Position numbers and translations under genes: made by a program | Source of the DNA: an uncultured Acidobacteriaceae bacterium | Lineage (GTDB): Bacteria > Acidobacteriota > Terriglobia > Terriglobales > Acidobacteriaceae | NCBI GenBank assembly: GCA_963749635.1 | Contig: CAVVNW010000008.1 | Coordinates: 72,413-136,412 of the forward strand | Direction of reading: 5' to 3' | DNA: 64,000 nt | Shown: positions 1 to 10,319 of the stretch, piece after piece | How positions within the stretch are numbered: position 1 is the stretch's first letter | Layout of the letters: the number at the start of each line of letters is the position of its first letter | Notes under the pieces: generated by a model | The model's input: the letters and a program-made list of their open reading frames with translations, nothing else | What the model was told of the DNA's origin: nothing | Databases searched by the model: none

Positions 1-2
1 AG

Positions 3-2147
3 TGCGTCGCCACGGCAGCGCTCGGTTTTAAAGTCACCAATACCGATCCAGAAGGCCGGTACAGCATTGAGAAGCAGATTATCGGCGATCCACACCTCAG
101 CTGCCTACTGATTCATACGCGCTTCAACGTCGCTCCTGCATGGCAAGGGAAGCTGCATCTTTACGTGCTGTGCGCTCCCCATCTCAAGATCGGCGGAATG
201 CACAACAATGGCGAGGTGATCGAGGCGCGCGGGCGACACTTCCTCATGGCATATCGAGATGATATTTACATGACGATTGCGGCTGGGCCGCCTTTCTCGC
301 GATTGTCGTGCGGATATGTGGGAGTGAATGACGGCTGGACCGACCTCGCCCATAACTTTCGCATGGATTGGACTTATGATTCGGCGCTGGACGGTAACAT
401 CGCGCTGACGGGGGAAATTGATCTGTCGCGCGGGACGGAGTTCACGCTAGGAGTGGGCTTCGGACATACTCGCCACAACGCCGGCGCAATGGTTTATCAG
501 TCGCTGAGTATTCCCTTCGAGACTAATCTGCAAAATTTTATTGGCCAGTGGGAGCGCACTAGCAAGCGCTTCGCGCTACTGGACAAAATCGCCGAGCACG
601 ACTCGACCTTGTTCGAGCGGAGCGTTAATCTTCTGCTGGCCCACGAAGACAAGATTTACCCTGGCGCCATGATCGCCAGCCTCAGCATTCCGTGGGGCGA
701 AGACAAGGGCGATGACGCCGGCTTGGGCGGGTACCACCTGGTGTGGACACGCGATATGGTGAACAGCGCCACCGCGCTGTTGGCGGTTGGCGATACCGCT
801 ACGCCGCTGCGCGCGATGATCTACCTGGCCATTACGCAACGTGAAGACGGCGGCTTTTACCAGAGTTTCTGGATCGACGGGCTTCCCTATTGGACGGGTC
901 TGCAGTTGGATGAGGTGTCATTCCCGATCATTCTGGCCTGGCGATTGTGGAAAGCTGACGCCCTAGGAAAATTCGACCCTTACGTCACCGTACAGCGCGC
1001 CTGTAAATTCTTGATCCGCAAAGGCCCGGCGACGGCGGAAGACCGCTGGGAAGAAGCAGGTGGATATTCGCCATCGACGCTGGCCTCCAATATCGCCGGC
1101 CTGATCTGCGCCGCCGAGTTCTTCGAATCGCGCGGTGACAAGCACACGGCCGACTTCGTCCGGACTTATGCAGACTTTTTGGAGTCGCATGTTGAGAAGT
1201 GGACGGTCACTCACCGCGGGTCTCTGGTGGCGGGGATTACGCAACATTACATTCGCATTAATCCCGCGGTCAGTGCCGACGGCTCTCACGGCGACGAGGA
1301 CCCTGACGCTGGAATGCTGGCTCTCGCTAATCAGCGTCCTGGCGATCCTTATCAATATCCGGCAAAAGACATTGTTGATGCAGGCTTCCTGGAACTGGTG
1401 AGGCTCGGTATTCGTAAAGCGGGCAGTCCGCTGATGGAGGAGTCGCTCAAGGTCATCGATGCGGCCCTTAAAGTCGATACGCCGGCGGGCCCATGCTGGA
1501 GGCGCTACAACCACGACGGATATGGACAGCGGGAGGACGGGAGTTCGTTTGACGGATGGGGTGTAGGAAGGCCGTGGCCTCTATTGACTCTCGAACGAGC
1601 AACTTACGAGTTCGCTGCGGGGCGCGACGTTGACCCCTATCTGAAGGCAACAAGCAACTTCACGACCGGCGTGGGAATGATCCCTGAGCAAGTGTGGGAC
1701 GCGCCGGACTTGCCGCGCGCTCACATGTTTTTCGGAAAGGCCACGGGAGCGGCGGATCCGCTGCTTTGGGCGCACGCAGAATACGTGAAATTGTTACGCT
1801 CGATTGCGGACGGCAAAGTTTTCGACTTGATTGAACCGGTTGCAGGGCGATACCGCAACGAAGACGCGCGCCCGAGCATCGAAGTATGGAAGATAAATCG
1901 CCAGGTCAAGTCGGTGCCAGTAGGATGTTTGCTGCGGGTGCTGACGTCTTCGCCTTTCTCCTTGCACTGGAGCGATGACGAATGGGTCAGCAAACGGGAC
2001 TCGACTTCCACGCCGACATCCATCGGTCTGGAATATGTGGATATCGCGATTGCAAATACCCAGACCGCTCCCATACGATTCACCTTCTACTGGACGCAAC
2101 AAGCACAATGGCAGGGCTCGGATTATCAGGTTGAGGTTGTTAAATGA
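3..2147 (+). CDS. Glycoside hydrolase family 15 (glucoamylase-like), 5' end lies outside the window
   Basis: Frame 3 is open from base 3 with no stop before the listed Met at 165, so the gene begins upstream. The translation carries GH15-type motifs GYHLVWTRDMVNSA and DRWEEAGGYSPSTLAS. Confidence 0.8.
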   Translation, partial: CVATAALGFKVTNTDPEGRYSIEKQIIGDPHLSCLLIHTRFNVAPAWQGKLHLYVLCAPHLKIGGMHNNGEVIEARGRHFLMAYRDDIYMTIAAGPPFSRLSCGYVGVNDGWTDLAHNFRMDWTYDSALDGNIALTGEIDLSRGTEFTLGVGFGHTRHNAGAMVYQSLSIPFETNLQNFIGQWERTSKRFALLDKIAEHDSTLFERSVNLLLAHEDKIYPGAMIASLSIPWGEDKGDDAGLGGYHLVWTRDMVNSATALLAVGDTATPLRAMIYLAITQREDGGFYQSFWIDGLPYWTGLQLDEVSFPIILAWRLWKADALGKFDPYVTVQRACKFLIRKGPATAEDRWEEAGGYSPSTLASNIAGLICAAEFFESRGDKHTADFVRTYADFLESHVEKWTVTHRGSLVAGITQHYIRINPAVSADGSHGDEDPDAGMLALANQRPGDPYQYPAKDIVDAGFLELVRLGIRKAGSPLMEESLKVIDAALKVDTPAGPCWRRYNHDGYGQREDGSSFDGWGVGRPWPLLTLERATYEFAAGRDVDPYLKATSNFTTGVGMIPEQVWDAPDLPRAHMFFGKATGAADPLLWAHAEYVKLLRSIADGKVFDLIEPVAGRYRNEDARPSIEVWKINRQVKSVPVGCLLRVLTSSPFSLHWSDDEWVSKRDSTSTPTSIGLEYVDIAIANTQTAPIRFTFYWTQQAQWQGSDYQVEVVK

Positions 2148-2185
2148 TGTTCCTATTCCACGATTAAACTGAAAGGTAGCCGCCG

Positions 2186-4245
2186 GTGAGCAGCCAATTG
2201 GAAATTCCCGCGCAGGAAAACTCCGCCGCTGAAGCGCAAAAGAAAATCGAGCAGTTGTGTATTAACACGGTCCGAACGCTATCAATGGACGCCGTCCAGA
2301 AGGCCAATAGCGGCCATCCCGGCACGCCGATGGCACTGGCCCCGTTGGCTTTTGTGCTTTGGGACCGCTTTCTGCGATTCAACCCGCGAGATCCGCATTG
2401 GCCTGGACGCGACCGTTTCATCTTGTCGAACGGGCACGCATCGATGCTGCTGTATTCCATGCTTTACCTGACGGGCTATGACCTTACGCTCGATGACCTG
2501 AAGAACTTTCGGCAATGGGGCTCCAAGACGCCGGGGCATCCGGAGTACGGCCTGACCGCTGGCGTTGAGACCACGACAGGGCCGCTGGGACAGGGCATCA
2601 GCAATTCGGTCGGCTTTGCGATTGCGCAACGCTGGTTTGCGTCGCGCTATAACAAGGACGGCCACGACCTGTTTGATTACCGCATTTATTCGATCTGCGG
2701 CGATGGCGACCTGATGGAGGGTGTTTCGAACGAAGCCGCGTCGATCGCCGGGCATCTTGGGCTGTCGAACCTGATCTGGTTTTACGACAACAACCACATC
2801 ACGATCGAAGGCAACACTTCCCTTGCCTTCTCAGACGACGTTGGCACCCGCTTCATGGGATGGCACTGGAATGTGCAGCACGTCAGCGATGTAAACGACT
2901 TGGCTGAACTTGACCGTGCGATTCGAGAGGCGCAGAAAGAGACCCAGCGGCCATCACTGATCATCGTGAACAGCCACATCGGTTACGGCGCACCACACAA
3001 GCAGGACACGGCTGAGGCCCACGGCGAACCACTGGGTGTCGAGGAAGTTCGGCTCGCCAAAATCAATTACGGATGGCCTCCGGACGCGCAGTTCCTGGTG
3101 CCGGGCGAAGTGAAGTCGTACATGGGTGAGGCTGTACCGCGAGGCGCGAAATGGGAAGAAGAGTGGAACGGCAAGTACAAGGCATGGGCGCAGGCTTTTC
3201 CTGATTTCGCGAAGGAGTGGGACCTGATCACTAAGCGCGATTTGCCGCAAGGTTGGGACAAGGACATTCCGGTGTTTCCCGCCGATGCAAAGGGGATCGC
3301 GACGCGCGAGTCGAATTCAAAGGTATTGAACGCCGTCGCCAAGAACGTGCCGTGGTTGATTGGCGGCGCGGCCGATCTTGCCCCGTCGACCAAGACTCTT
3401 ATTAAGGATGCTGGCAGTTTTGAGCGCGGCGAATACGACGGCCGTAACTTCCACTTTGGGATCCGCGAGCATGCCATGGGTGCGATCGTAAACGGCATGA
3501 CGCTTTCGTTAATTCGTGCGTACGGATCAACGTTCTTTATCTTCACGGACTACATGCGTCCAGCGATTCGCCTTGCGGCTCTGATGGATATCCCGGCCAT
3601 CTTCATCTACACCCACGATTCGATCGGGTTGGGCGAAGATGGACCGACGCATCAGCCAATCGAACAGCTGATGTCATTGCGGGCGATGCCGCGACTGTCT
3701 GGTGTTCCGGCCTGCTGATGCCAATGAGGTATCGGAGACCTGGCGCTGCATCATGCCACTGAAGCATGAGCCGGCGCTTCTCGCGCTGTACTCGTCAGGC
3801 GCTGCCGACGATTGACCGCACGAAGTATTCGTCTGCGGCAGGGGTAGCCAAGGGAGCGTACGTGCTGGCCGACTCTGGCGGCACGCTGGACGTGATTCTG
3901 ATCGGCACCGGATCGGAGGTTCAGCTTTGCCTTGGCGCATACGAGAAGCTGATAGCAGACGGGGTCAAAGCCAGGGTGGTTTCGATGCCGTGCTGGGAGC
4001 TGTTCGACAAGCAGTCCGCGGAATATCGGGCTGAGGTCTTCCCTCCGGCGGTGCGGGCGCGTGTCTCCGTCGAGGCCGGAGCCACGTTGGGCTGGAGCCG
4101 ATACATTGGAGACGACGGAGAGGCAGTGGGCCACGACGACTTCGGAGCGTCGGCGCCTATCAAGGACCTGATGACTCATTTTGGATTTACCGTCGACAAT
4201 GTGGTGGCCAAGGCGCGCGTGGCCATCGACAAAGCGAAATCCTAA
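2186..4245 (+). pseudogene. tkt: Transketolase, interrupted by two +1 frameshifts (near 3701 and near 3789)
   Basis: ORF 2186..3718 has [22 protein letters not shown] and [20 protein letters not shown]. Frame 3 from 3702 reads [32 protein letters not shown] 3766..4245 continues TRQALPTIDRTKY to the normal transketolase C-terminus. The three consecutive segments sit in three different frames. Confidence 0.85.
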
Positions 4246-4302
4246 GGTCGCGGCACGGAGATCGCGGCCGTGTGATCTGAGGAGCGGAAGCAGGGGACAC
4301 CC

Positions 4303-5775
4303 ATGCCGGCGAAAACCGGAGTCAAGACGGCGCAATTCGGCGTGATCGGTCTCGGCGTGATGGGCTCAAATCTCGCCCTTAATGTCGAGGAGCACGGCCA
4401 TGCCGTGGCGGTTTGGAACCTGGAGACCGACTGGGTTGACCGGCTAGTTAGTCAGCAACCGAACCGGCAGTTGATTGGCACGCGGTCACTGCAGGAATTC
4501 TGCCGCTCGCTGGAACGTCCTCGGCGCATCCTCATGATGATCAAGGCGGGTGATCCCGTCGATCAAACTCTGCAAAAACTCAGCCCGTATCTGTCTCCGG
4601 GCGACATCATCATCGATGGTGGCAACTCCTTCTTTAAAGACACCATGCGCCGCGAGGCGAACTCCCGCCAAACTATGGTGAGCTTCTTTGGGATGGGTGT
4701 CTCGGGCGGTGAGGAAGGCGCTCGTCATGGGCCGTCGTTGATGCCCGGTGGCTCGCGGGAGGCATACAACCGCGTCGCACCCGTCTTGCAAGCGATCGCC
4801 GCGAAGAGCGATTCGGGCCCGTGCGTCACGTATGTCGGCCCTGACGGTGCCGGCCATTTCGTGAAGATGGTCCACAACGGAATCGAGTACGGCGACATGC
4901 AACTGATCGCCGAAGCCTACGAGATCCTGAACAGAGCGCTGGGTCTCGAGGCACGGGAACTGGCCGACATATTTGATGAGTGGAACCGAGGACCGCTCGA
5001 GTCGTACTTGATCGAAATTACCGCGCAAATCTTTCGCGCCACCGATCCGGAATCCGGGAACCCATTGGTGGACATGATTCTCGATAAGGCCGGGCAAAAA
5101 GGTACGGGCAAATGGACGGCACAGGTCGCACTCGACTTGGGAGTACCTGTCCCCACCATCGCAGCTGCAATTGACGCGCGCTCGCTCTCCAGCATGAAAG
5201 ACGAGCGCGTGATCGCCAGTCAGTTAATCTTTTCTTCGGCGGCGGATGCTTATGATGGCGATAAACGGAAGCTGATCCAGGCGGTGCACGATGCTTTGTA
5301 CGCGTCGAAAATATGCTCATATGCCCAAGGGATGAGCCTGATCCGTGCCGGTTCGCAAGAATGGCAGTGGAACGTGAATCTACGGGAACTGGCCCGCATC
5401 TGGAAAGGTGGATGCATCATTCGGGCGCGTTTTCTTGACTCCATCATGCAGGCCTTTGATCGCCAGCCCGACCTGCCTAACCTGATGCTCGACTACGATT
5501 GCATGATATGGATTCGGAAGGCTGAACGCTCCTGGCGCTGGTTGATTGCCACAGCGGTACAGGCAGGGATTCCGGTTCCCGCCCTCTCCGCGTCGCTGTC
5601 GTACTTCGACGCCTATCGCAGCACGCAACTTCCGCAAAACCTCACCCAAGCTCAGCGCGACTTCTTCGGGGCCCACACCTATCAGCGAACCGACCGTCCG
5701 AACGCAGGTTTCGTTCATACGGATTGGGCCGCTGTGACCAATAAATCTGTCCGGCCAGCTGGAGGAAAGAAGTGA
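4303..5775 (+). CDS. gnd: 6-phosphogluconate dehydrogenase, decarboxylating
   Basis: N-terminal Rossmann motif GVIGLGVMGSNLALN and the conserved HFVKMVHNGIEYGDMQLIAEAY; length is 490 aa. Confidence 0.93.
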   Translation: MPAKTGVKTAQFGVIGLGVMGSNLALNVEEHGHAVAVWNLETDWVDRLVSQQPNRQLIGTRSLQEFCRSLERPRRILMMIKAGDPVDQTLQKLSPYLSPGDIIIDGGNSFFKDTMRREANSRQTMVSFFGMGVSGGEEGARHGPSLMPGGSREAYNRVAPVLQAIAAKSDSGPCVTYVGPDGAGHFVKMVHNGIEYGDMQLIAEAYEILNRALGLEARELADIFDEWNRGPLESYLIEITAQIFRATDPESGNPLVDMILDKAGQKGTGKWTAQVALDLGVPVPTIAAAIDARSLSSMKDERVIASQLIFSSAADAYDGDKRKLIQAVHDALYASKICSYAQGMSLIRAGSQEWQWNVNLRELARIWKGGCIIRARFLDSIMQAFDRQPDLPNLMLDYDCMIWIRKAERSWRWLIATAVQAGIPVPALSASLSYFDAYRSTQLPQNLTQAQRDFFGAHTYQRTDRPNAGFVHTDWAAVTNKSVRPAGGKK

Positions 5776-7328
5776 GTACCTTGGTAGAGACTGAATCACT
5801 GAAAGTTGTTGAGCCGAGACTGCCGAAAGGGGACTCATGCCTCCTCGTCATTTTCGGTGGAACTGGCGACCTGACTCGCCGCAAGCTGATCCCTGCTCTC
5901 TATGACCTGGCCTGTATTGGTTGCACTAACCCGACCTTTGATGTTCTAGGAATTGGGCGCACCGAGCTAACCGATGACGAGTTCCGGGAACGAATGCACG
6001 AAGGCGCAGCGCAGTCGAAAGATGCGCGCAACTATAGCGAGAGCGGCTGGCAGGACTTCGCAAAGCGACTGCATTACTTTGTCGGAGACGCGAGCCATCC
6101 CGACTTCTATCTCAAATTGAGGGGCAAGATAGAAGAAATGCAGAAAAATGGCGCCAGCAGAAACGTCTTATTTTATGTTTCGACTTCGGCGTCTCTCGCT
6201 CCGCCGATCGTCGCGGGACTGGGTGAATCAGGGATTGCCGAGCGTGATGGCGGTTGGACCCGGATCGTCCTCGAAAAGCCGTTTGGTCACGATTTGCAGA
6301 GCGCGCAGGCGCTGAATACCGAAGTGTCGCACGTCTTTCCCGAGAATGCGGTTTATCGCATCGACCACTACCTCGGCAAGGAAACCGTGCAGAACATCAT
6401 GGTTTTCCGATTTGGCAATTCGATGTTCGAGCCGATCTGGAACCGCAATTACATCGACTACATCGAGATCACAGCTGCTGAGACGCTGGGTGTAGAAAAT
6501 CGTGCAGCGTTTTACGAAGAAACCGGTGCGTTGCGCGACATGGTCGCCAATCATATGCTGCAGCTATTGACGCTGACCGCGATGGAACCACCAGTGGCAT
6601 TCGATGCCGACTCGGTGCGCGAACTGAAAGTGCAGGTGCTGCGCGCTATTCGGCCCATGTCGGTCGAGGAGGTTGCGAAGCGAACGGTTCGAGGGCAATA
6701 TGGACCGGGAAAGATCGATGGGGCGGATGTTCCCGGCTATCGACAGGAGCCAGGCGTCAGTCCCACTTCCAACACAGAAACCTACGTGGCGGTCGAATTT
6801 CACGTCGATAACTGGCGTTGGGCGGGAGTTCCCTTTTATGTCCGCGCGGGTAAGAGGCTGGCGAACCAACTTACAGAAGTCGCCGTCCACTTCAAACGTA
6901 CGCCACAGGCTCTGTTCGCGCGAAACCCGGGAGATGTGCATCACAATGTAATTTCGATGCGGATTCAGCCTAACGAAGGCATTTCGCTTAACTTTGAGGC
7001 GAAAACACCCGGATCCCACATGCGCGCCAGCCGGGTCAACATGGACTTTTCCTACCGCGATGCATTCGGAACAGCGACTCCGGTTGCGTACGAGACGCTG
7101 TTGCTCGATGCCATGCGCGGTGACGCGACGCTGTTCACCCGCCGCGATGAAGTGGAGGCCGAATGGCGAATCATCACACCGATCGAAGAGGCGTGGACGC
7201 AGCTTCCAACTCCACAGTTTCCCAACTATCCGGCAGGCAGCGAGGGTCCAGCGGGTGCCGATGCGCTGATTCAGCGTGACCGAAATCGCTGGCGCTCCCT
7301 CAAGCGCGAGGACGGCTCGAACCTATGA
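5772..7328 (+). CDS. zwf: Glucose-6-phosphate 1-dehydrogenase
   Basis: VIFGGTGDLTRRKL NADP motif and RIDHYLGKE active-site motif. The GTG start is preceded by GGAGGAAAGAA and overlaps the gnd stop by 4 nt. Confidence 0.93.
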   Translation: MSTLVETESLKVVEPRLPKGDSCLLVIFGGTGDLTRRKLIPALYDLACIGCTNPTFDVLGIGRTELTDDEFRERMHEGAAQSKDARNYSESGWQDFAKRLHYFVGDASHPDFYLKLRGKIEEMQKNGASRNVLFYVSTSASLAPPIVAGLGESGIAERDGGWTRIVLEKPFGHDLQSAQALNTEVSHVFPENAVYRIDHYLGKETVQNIMVFRFGNSMFEPIWNRNYIDYIEITAAETLGVENRAAFYEETGALRDMVANHMLQLLTLTAMEPPVAFDADSVRELKVQVLRAIRPMSVEEVAKRTVRGQYGPGKIDGADVPGYRQEPGVSPTSNTETYVAVEFHVDNWRWAGVPFYVRAGKRLANQLTEVAVHFKRTPQALFARNPGDVHHNVISMRIQPNEGISLNFEAKTPGSHMRASRVNMDFSYRDAFGTATPVAYETLLLDAMRGDATLFTRRDEVEAEWRIITPIEEAWTQLPTPQFPNYPAGSEGPAGADALIQRDRNRWRSLKREDGSNL

Positions 7329-8173
7329 GCATCTGCCAGCAACCATCGAAGGGAGTGACGCTGGTCGTGTCGGACGTCGATGGAACGTTGCTCGACGACA
7401 ACAAGCATCTCACCCCCGGAGCTCCCGCTGCGGTCCAGCGACTCTATGCCTCGGGCATTCGATTTACTATCGCCAGCGCGCGGCCTCCGCAGATGGTTCG
7501 TGAACTGGTCCGTGAGCTTCACGTCCGCGAGCCTTTCGCGTGCTTCAACGGAGCTCTGTTCGTCGGTCCTGACGAGACCGTGCTGCACGAACTGGTAATG
7601 TCAGCAAAGGACGCCCAAACAGTGGCGGACAGAATAGTTCGGTCCGGCTTCGATTTGTGGGTGTGGACAGACACGGACTGGTACGTTAGCAACCCAACCG
7701 GTCCGCACGTTGCGCATCACGAAGAGCAAATGGGAAGCACGGCGAGCCCGCTGACGACACACGACATGTCACAGTTCCGCGTCTTGAAACTTGTCGGAGT
7801 CAGTGACGACCATGACGCGCTCGCCCAGGCGGAAAAGGACCTCGGAGACCTGAAAGGCGGGTCGTTTTCCGCGACCCGATCCAGTCCATACTATCTCGAC
7901 GTAACGGACGCCAAGGCCAACAAAGGCGAGGTTGTCCTCACGCTCTCCCGGATGTTGAATATCCCTACGACCCAAATTGCTACCATCGGCGACATGACCA
8001 CCGACACGCTCATGTTTCGCCAGAGCGGCGTCAGCATCGCCATGGGGAACGCAACCGATGACGTCAAGGCACTGGCAAAGTTCGCGACAAGAAGCAACGA
8101 AGAAGACGGGTTCGCCTACGCCATGGACCATTTCGTGCTTGGGCTTGTCGAAGAGCGAGCCGCTGCCGACTAA
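7325..8173 (+). CDS. Cof-type HAD-IIB family hydrolase (sugar phosphatase-like)
   Basis: HAD motif I VVSDVDGTLLD and motif IV IGDMTTD. The ATGA overlap with the zwf stop implies translational coupling. Confidence 0.75.
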   Translation: MSICQQPSKGVTLVVSDVDGTLLDDNKHLTPGAPAAVQRLYASGIRFTIASARPPQMVRELVRELHVREPFACFNGALFVGPDETVLHELVMSAKDAQTVADRIVRSGFDLWVWTDTDWYVSNPTGPHVAHHEEQMGSTASPLTTHDMSQFRVLKLVGVSDDHDALAQAEKDLGDLKGGSFSATRSSPYYLDVTDAKANKGEVVLTLSRMLNIPTTQIATIGDMTTDTLMFRQSGVSIAMGNATDDVKALAKFATRSNEEDGFAYAMDHFVLGLVEERAAAD

Positions 8174-8176
8174 GCG

Positions 8177-8659
8177 ATGGTCATCCTCTTGATGGGTGTT
8201 ACCGGATCCGGGAAAACTACAGTCGGCGTCGCACTGGCCGAGGCACTTGGCTGGCGATTCGTTGACGCCGACGACTTGCATCCGCCCGCCAACGTGGCCA
8301 AAATGCGCGCTGGCGTTCCGCTGAATGATGATGATCGGGCGCCGTGGCTGGCGGCGCTTCACGCAGCAATCGCTGACTGGCTGAACTCCAAAAGCGATAT
8401 CGTCCTTGCCTGCTCAGCCCTGAAGCAGGCATATCGCGAGCAATTGATGTTTAGCCCTAATGCGCGGCTGGTTTATTTGCGGGGAGGCCGCGAACTGATC
8501 GCGCAACGCCTTTCGCAGCGCCATGGCCACTACATGGATCCCGATCTCTTGCCTAGTCAGTTCGCCGCGTTGGAGGAGCCAGCCAACGCCATCGTCGTTG
8601 ATGTCGATACGACCGTGCCCGAAATCGTCACACGCGTCCGAACGGCTCTCGGCGTCTAG
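8177..8659 (+). CDS. gntK: Gluconokinase
   Basis: 160 aa with P-loop LMGVTGSGKTTVG and the FVDADDLHPPANVAKMRAGVPLNDDDRAPWL pattern typical of GntK/IdnK. Confidence 0.85.
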   Translation: MVILLMGVTGSGKTTVGVALAEALGWRFVDADDLHPPANVAKMRAGVPLNDDDRAPWLAALHAAIADWLNSKSDIVLACSALKQAYREQLMFSPNARLVYLRGGRELIAQRLSQRHGHYMDPDLLPSQFAALEEPANAIVVDVDTTVPEIVTRVRTALGV

Positions 8660-8771
8660 CCTCCCGCGACTGGGCGTGGTTCCTCGTAATGTGAATGAAT
8701 TCGATTCGATACGGTAATGACCGTATCAAAATGATCGAGTGCTAAGGGTACAATCTGGAACGAATTTGCCT

Positions 8772-10319
8772 ATGCATCTCGATCGAATGGCAAAATATCT
8801 TCTTTGGTCGTTGGTTGCATTAGTGGCGGTCCTGGGACTTGCTTCCATTGCACTTCTCTCAGTGCCTGCGCCGCTGGAGCGCTGGCTGCAAGCCCGCGTT
8901 CTATTAGCTCTAAAACAGCACTACCAGCGTGACGTGCAATTGGAGAACTTGCGGGTCACCTTGGTCCCGGTTTTCCGGCTGACCGCTGACAACCTCGTCC
9001 TTCCCAACCGGGAAATCGGAGGTCTGCCACCGTTCCTGACCATCAAACACCTGACCGCTGAAGCATTTCCGCTTCAACTGCTGCGTAAGCCCGTACACTT
9101 GTCCTGGGTTAAGTTAGATGGCCTGGTAATCAACGTTCCGCCCAAAGGCGAAAGGAAAGCGAGCGAGAAATCCTCGGCCAAGAAGTCCCGATTCGCCGAC
9201 TTTGTGATCGACCGAGTTGATGCAGACGGGACCCAGCTGTATGTACTACCCAAGCAACAAGGTGGTGAACCGATGGAGTGGGAATTGCGATCTCTGACGT
9301 TGCGCAGGGCAGGAATCGGGCAGCCTATGCGCTTCACTGCCGCACTCACGAACCCAAAGCCGCCGGGGATCATTCAGACTACAGGCAAGTTCGGCCCGTG
9401 GAATCTTGACGAACCTTCGGAGACGCCGGTAGCTGGACACTACGTATTCCAGAATGCCGACTTATCGGTGTTCACCGGGATATCGGGAATCCTTTCTTCG
9501 GTAGGCGATTTTACAGGTGTGCTGCAAAACATCGTGGTCGATGGCACCACCGAGACGCCGGATTTCAAACTCGACAGTGGGGCGCGGGCGGTGCACCTCT
9601 CAACCCAGTTTCACGCAATCGTCGACGGCACGAATGGCAACACCTACCTGCAGCCGGTCAACGCGCAATTCCTGAGCTCCAAGGTGTCAGCAACAGGTGA
9701 GGTTGCCGGGAAGCCAGGTCAGCAGGGCAAATCGGTTTCATTGGACGTCGACATTCAGAACTCAAGGTTGCAGGACTTAATGGATCTGGCGGTAGCATCA
9801 AGCCAACCGATGCTGACCGGTTCAGTGCAAGCGCGCGCCAAGCTACTCGTGCCGCCCGGCAAACAAAGGGTACTCGACAAGATCAAGCTGTCTGGTAATT
9901 TTCAGGCCGCGGACGCTCGCTTCAGCAGCGCAAAGGTCAAAGACTCTGTAGCATCTCTGAGCCGGCGGGCCCAGGGAAGGCCGGAAGACCAAGCCATTCA
10001 GAACGTGCCTGCTCAGCTTAGTGGAGTGTTTTCACTTGAGGGCGGCAAGCTCACTTTCAGTTCGTTGAAGTTCGACGTCCCCGGTGTCGCCGCCAATGTG
10101 AAAGGCTCGTATGGATTGCGCAGCGAACAGATCAACTTTACGGGAGACGTTCGGTTGCAGGCGCATGTATCGGACACGATGTCCGGTTCGAAGCGCGTAT
10201 TACTCAAGCCGCTCGATCCTCTCTTTGCCAGGCACGGCGCAGGATCGTACCTACCTGTCAACATCACAGGGGATCGCAGCCAGCCCCAGGTCAAGCTCGA
10301 TTTGAAGAAGGTCTTCTGA
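8772..10319 (+). CDS. AsmA-family / TamB-like membrane-anchored protein
   Basis: Single N-terminal TM (LLWSLVALVAVLGLASIALL) followed by a long beta-rich region with AsmA-like repeats. The start is uncertain: GTG 8739, ATG 8772 and ATG 8787 are all in frame. Confidence 0.55.
   Translation: MHLDRMAKYLLWSLVALVAVLGLASIALLSVPAPLERWLQARVLLALKQHYQRDVQLENLRVTLVPVFRLTADNLVLPNREIGGLPPFLTIKHLTAEAFPLQLLRKPVHLSWVKLDGLVINVPPKGERKASEKSSAKKSRFADFVIDRVDADGTQLYVLPKQQGGEPMEWELRSLTLRRAGIGQPMRFTAALTNPKPPGIIQTTGKFGPWNLDEPSETPVAGHYVFQNADLSVFTGISGILSSVGDFTGVLQNIVVDGTTETPDFKLDSGARAVHLSTQFHAIVDGTNGNTYLQPVNAQFLSSKVSATGEVAGKPGQQGKSVSLDVDIQNSRLQDLMDLAVASSQPMLTGSVQARAKLLVPPGKQRVLDKIKLSGNFQAADARFSSAKVKDSVASLSRRAQGRPEDQAIQNVPAQLSGVFSLEGGKLTFSSLKFDVPGVAANVKGSYGLRSEQINFTGDVRLQAHVSDTMSGSKRVLLKPLDPLFARHGAGSYLPVNITGDRSQPQVKLDLKKVF

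Noticed and set aside
8707-8726. The hairpin GATACGG-TAATGA-CCGTATC after gntK as an intrinsic terminator.
   Set aside because: The stem is real, but it is followed by AAAATG rather than a T-run. I left it uncalled.
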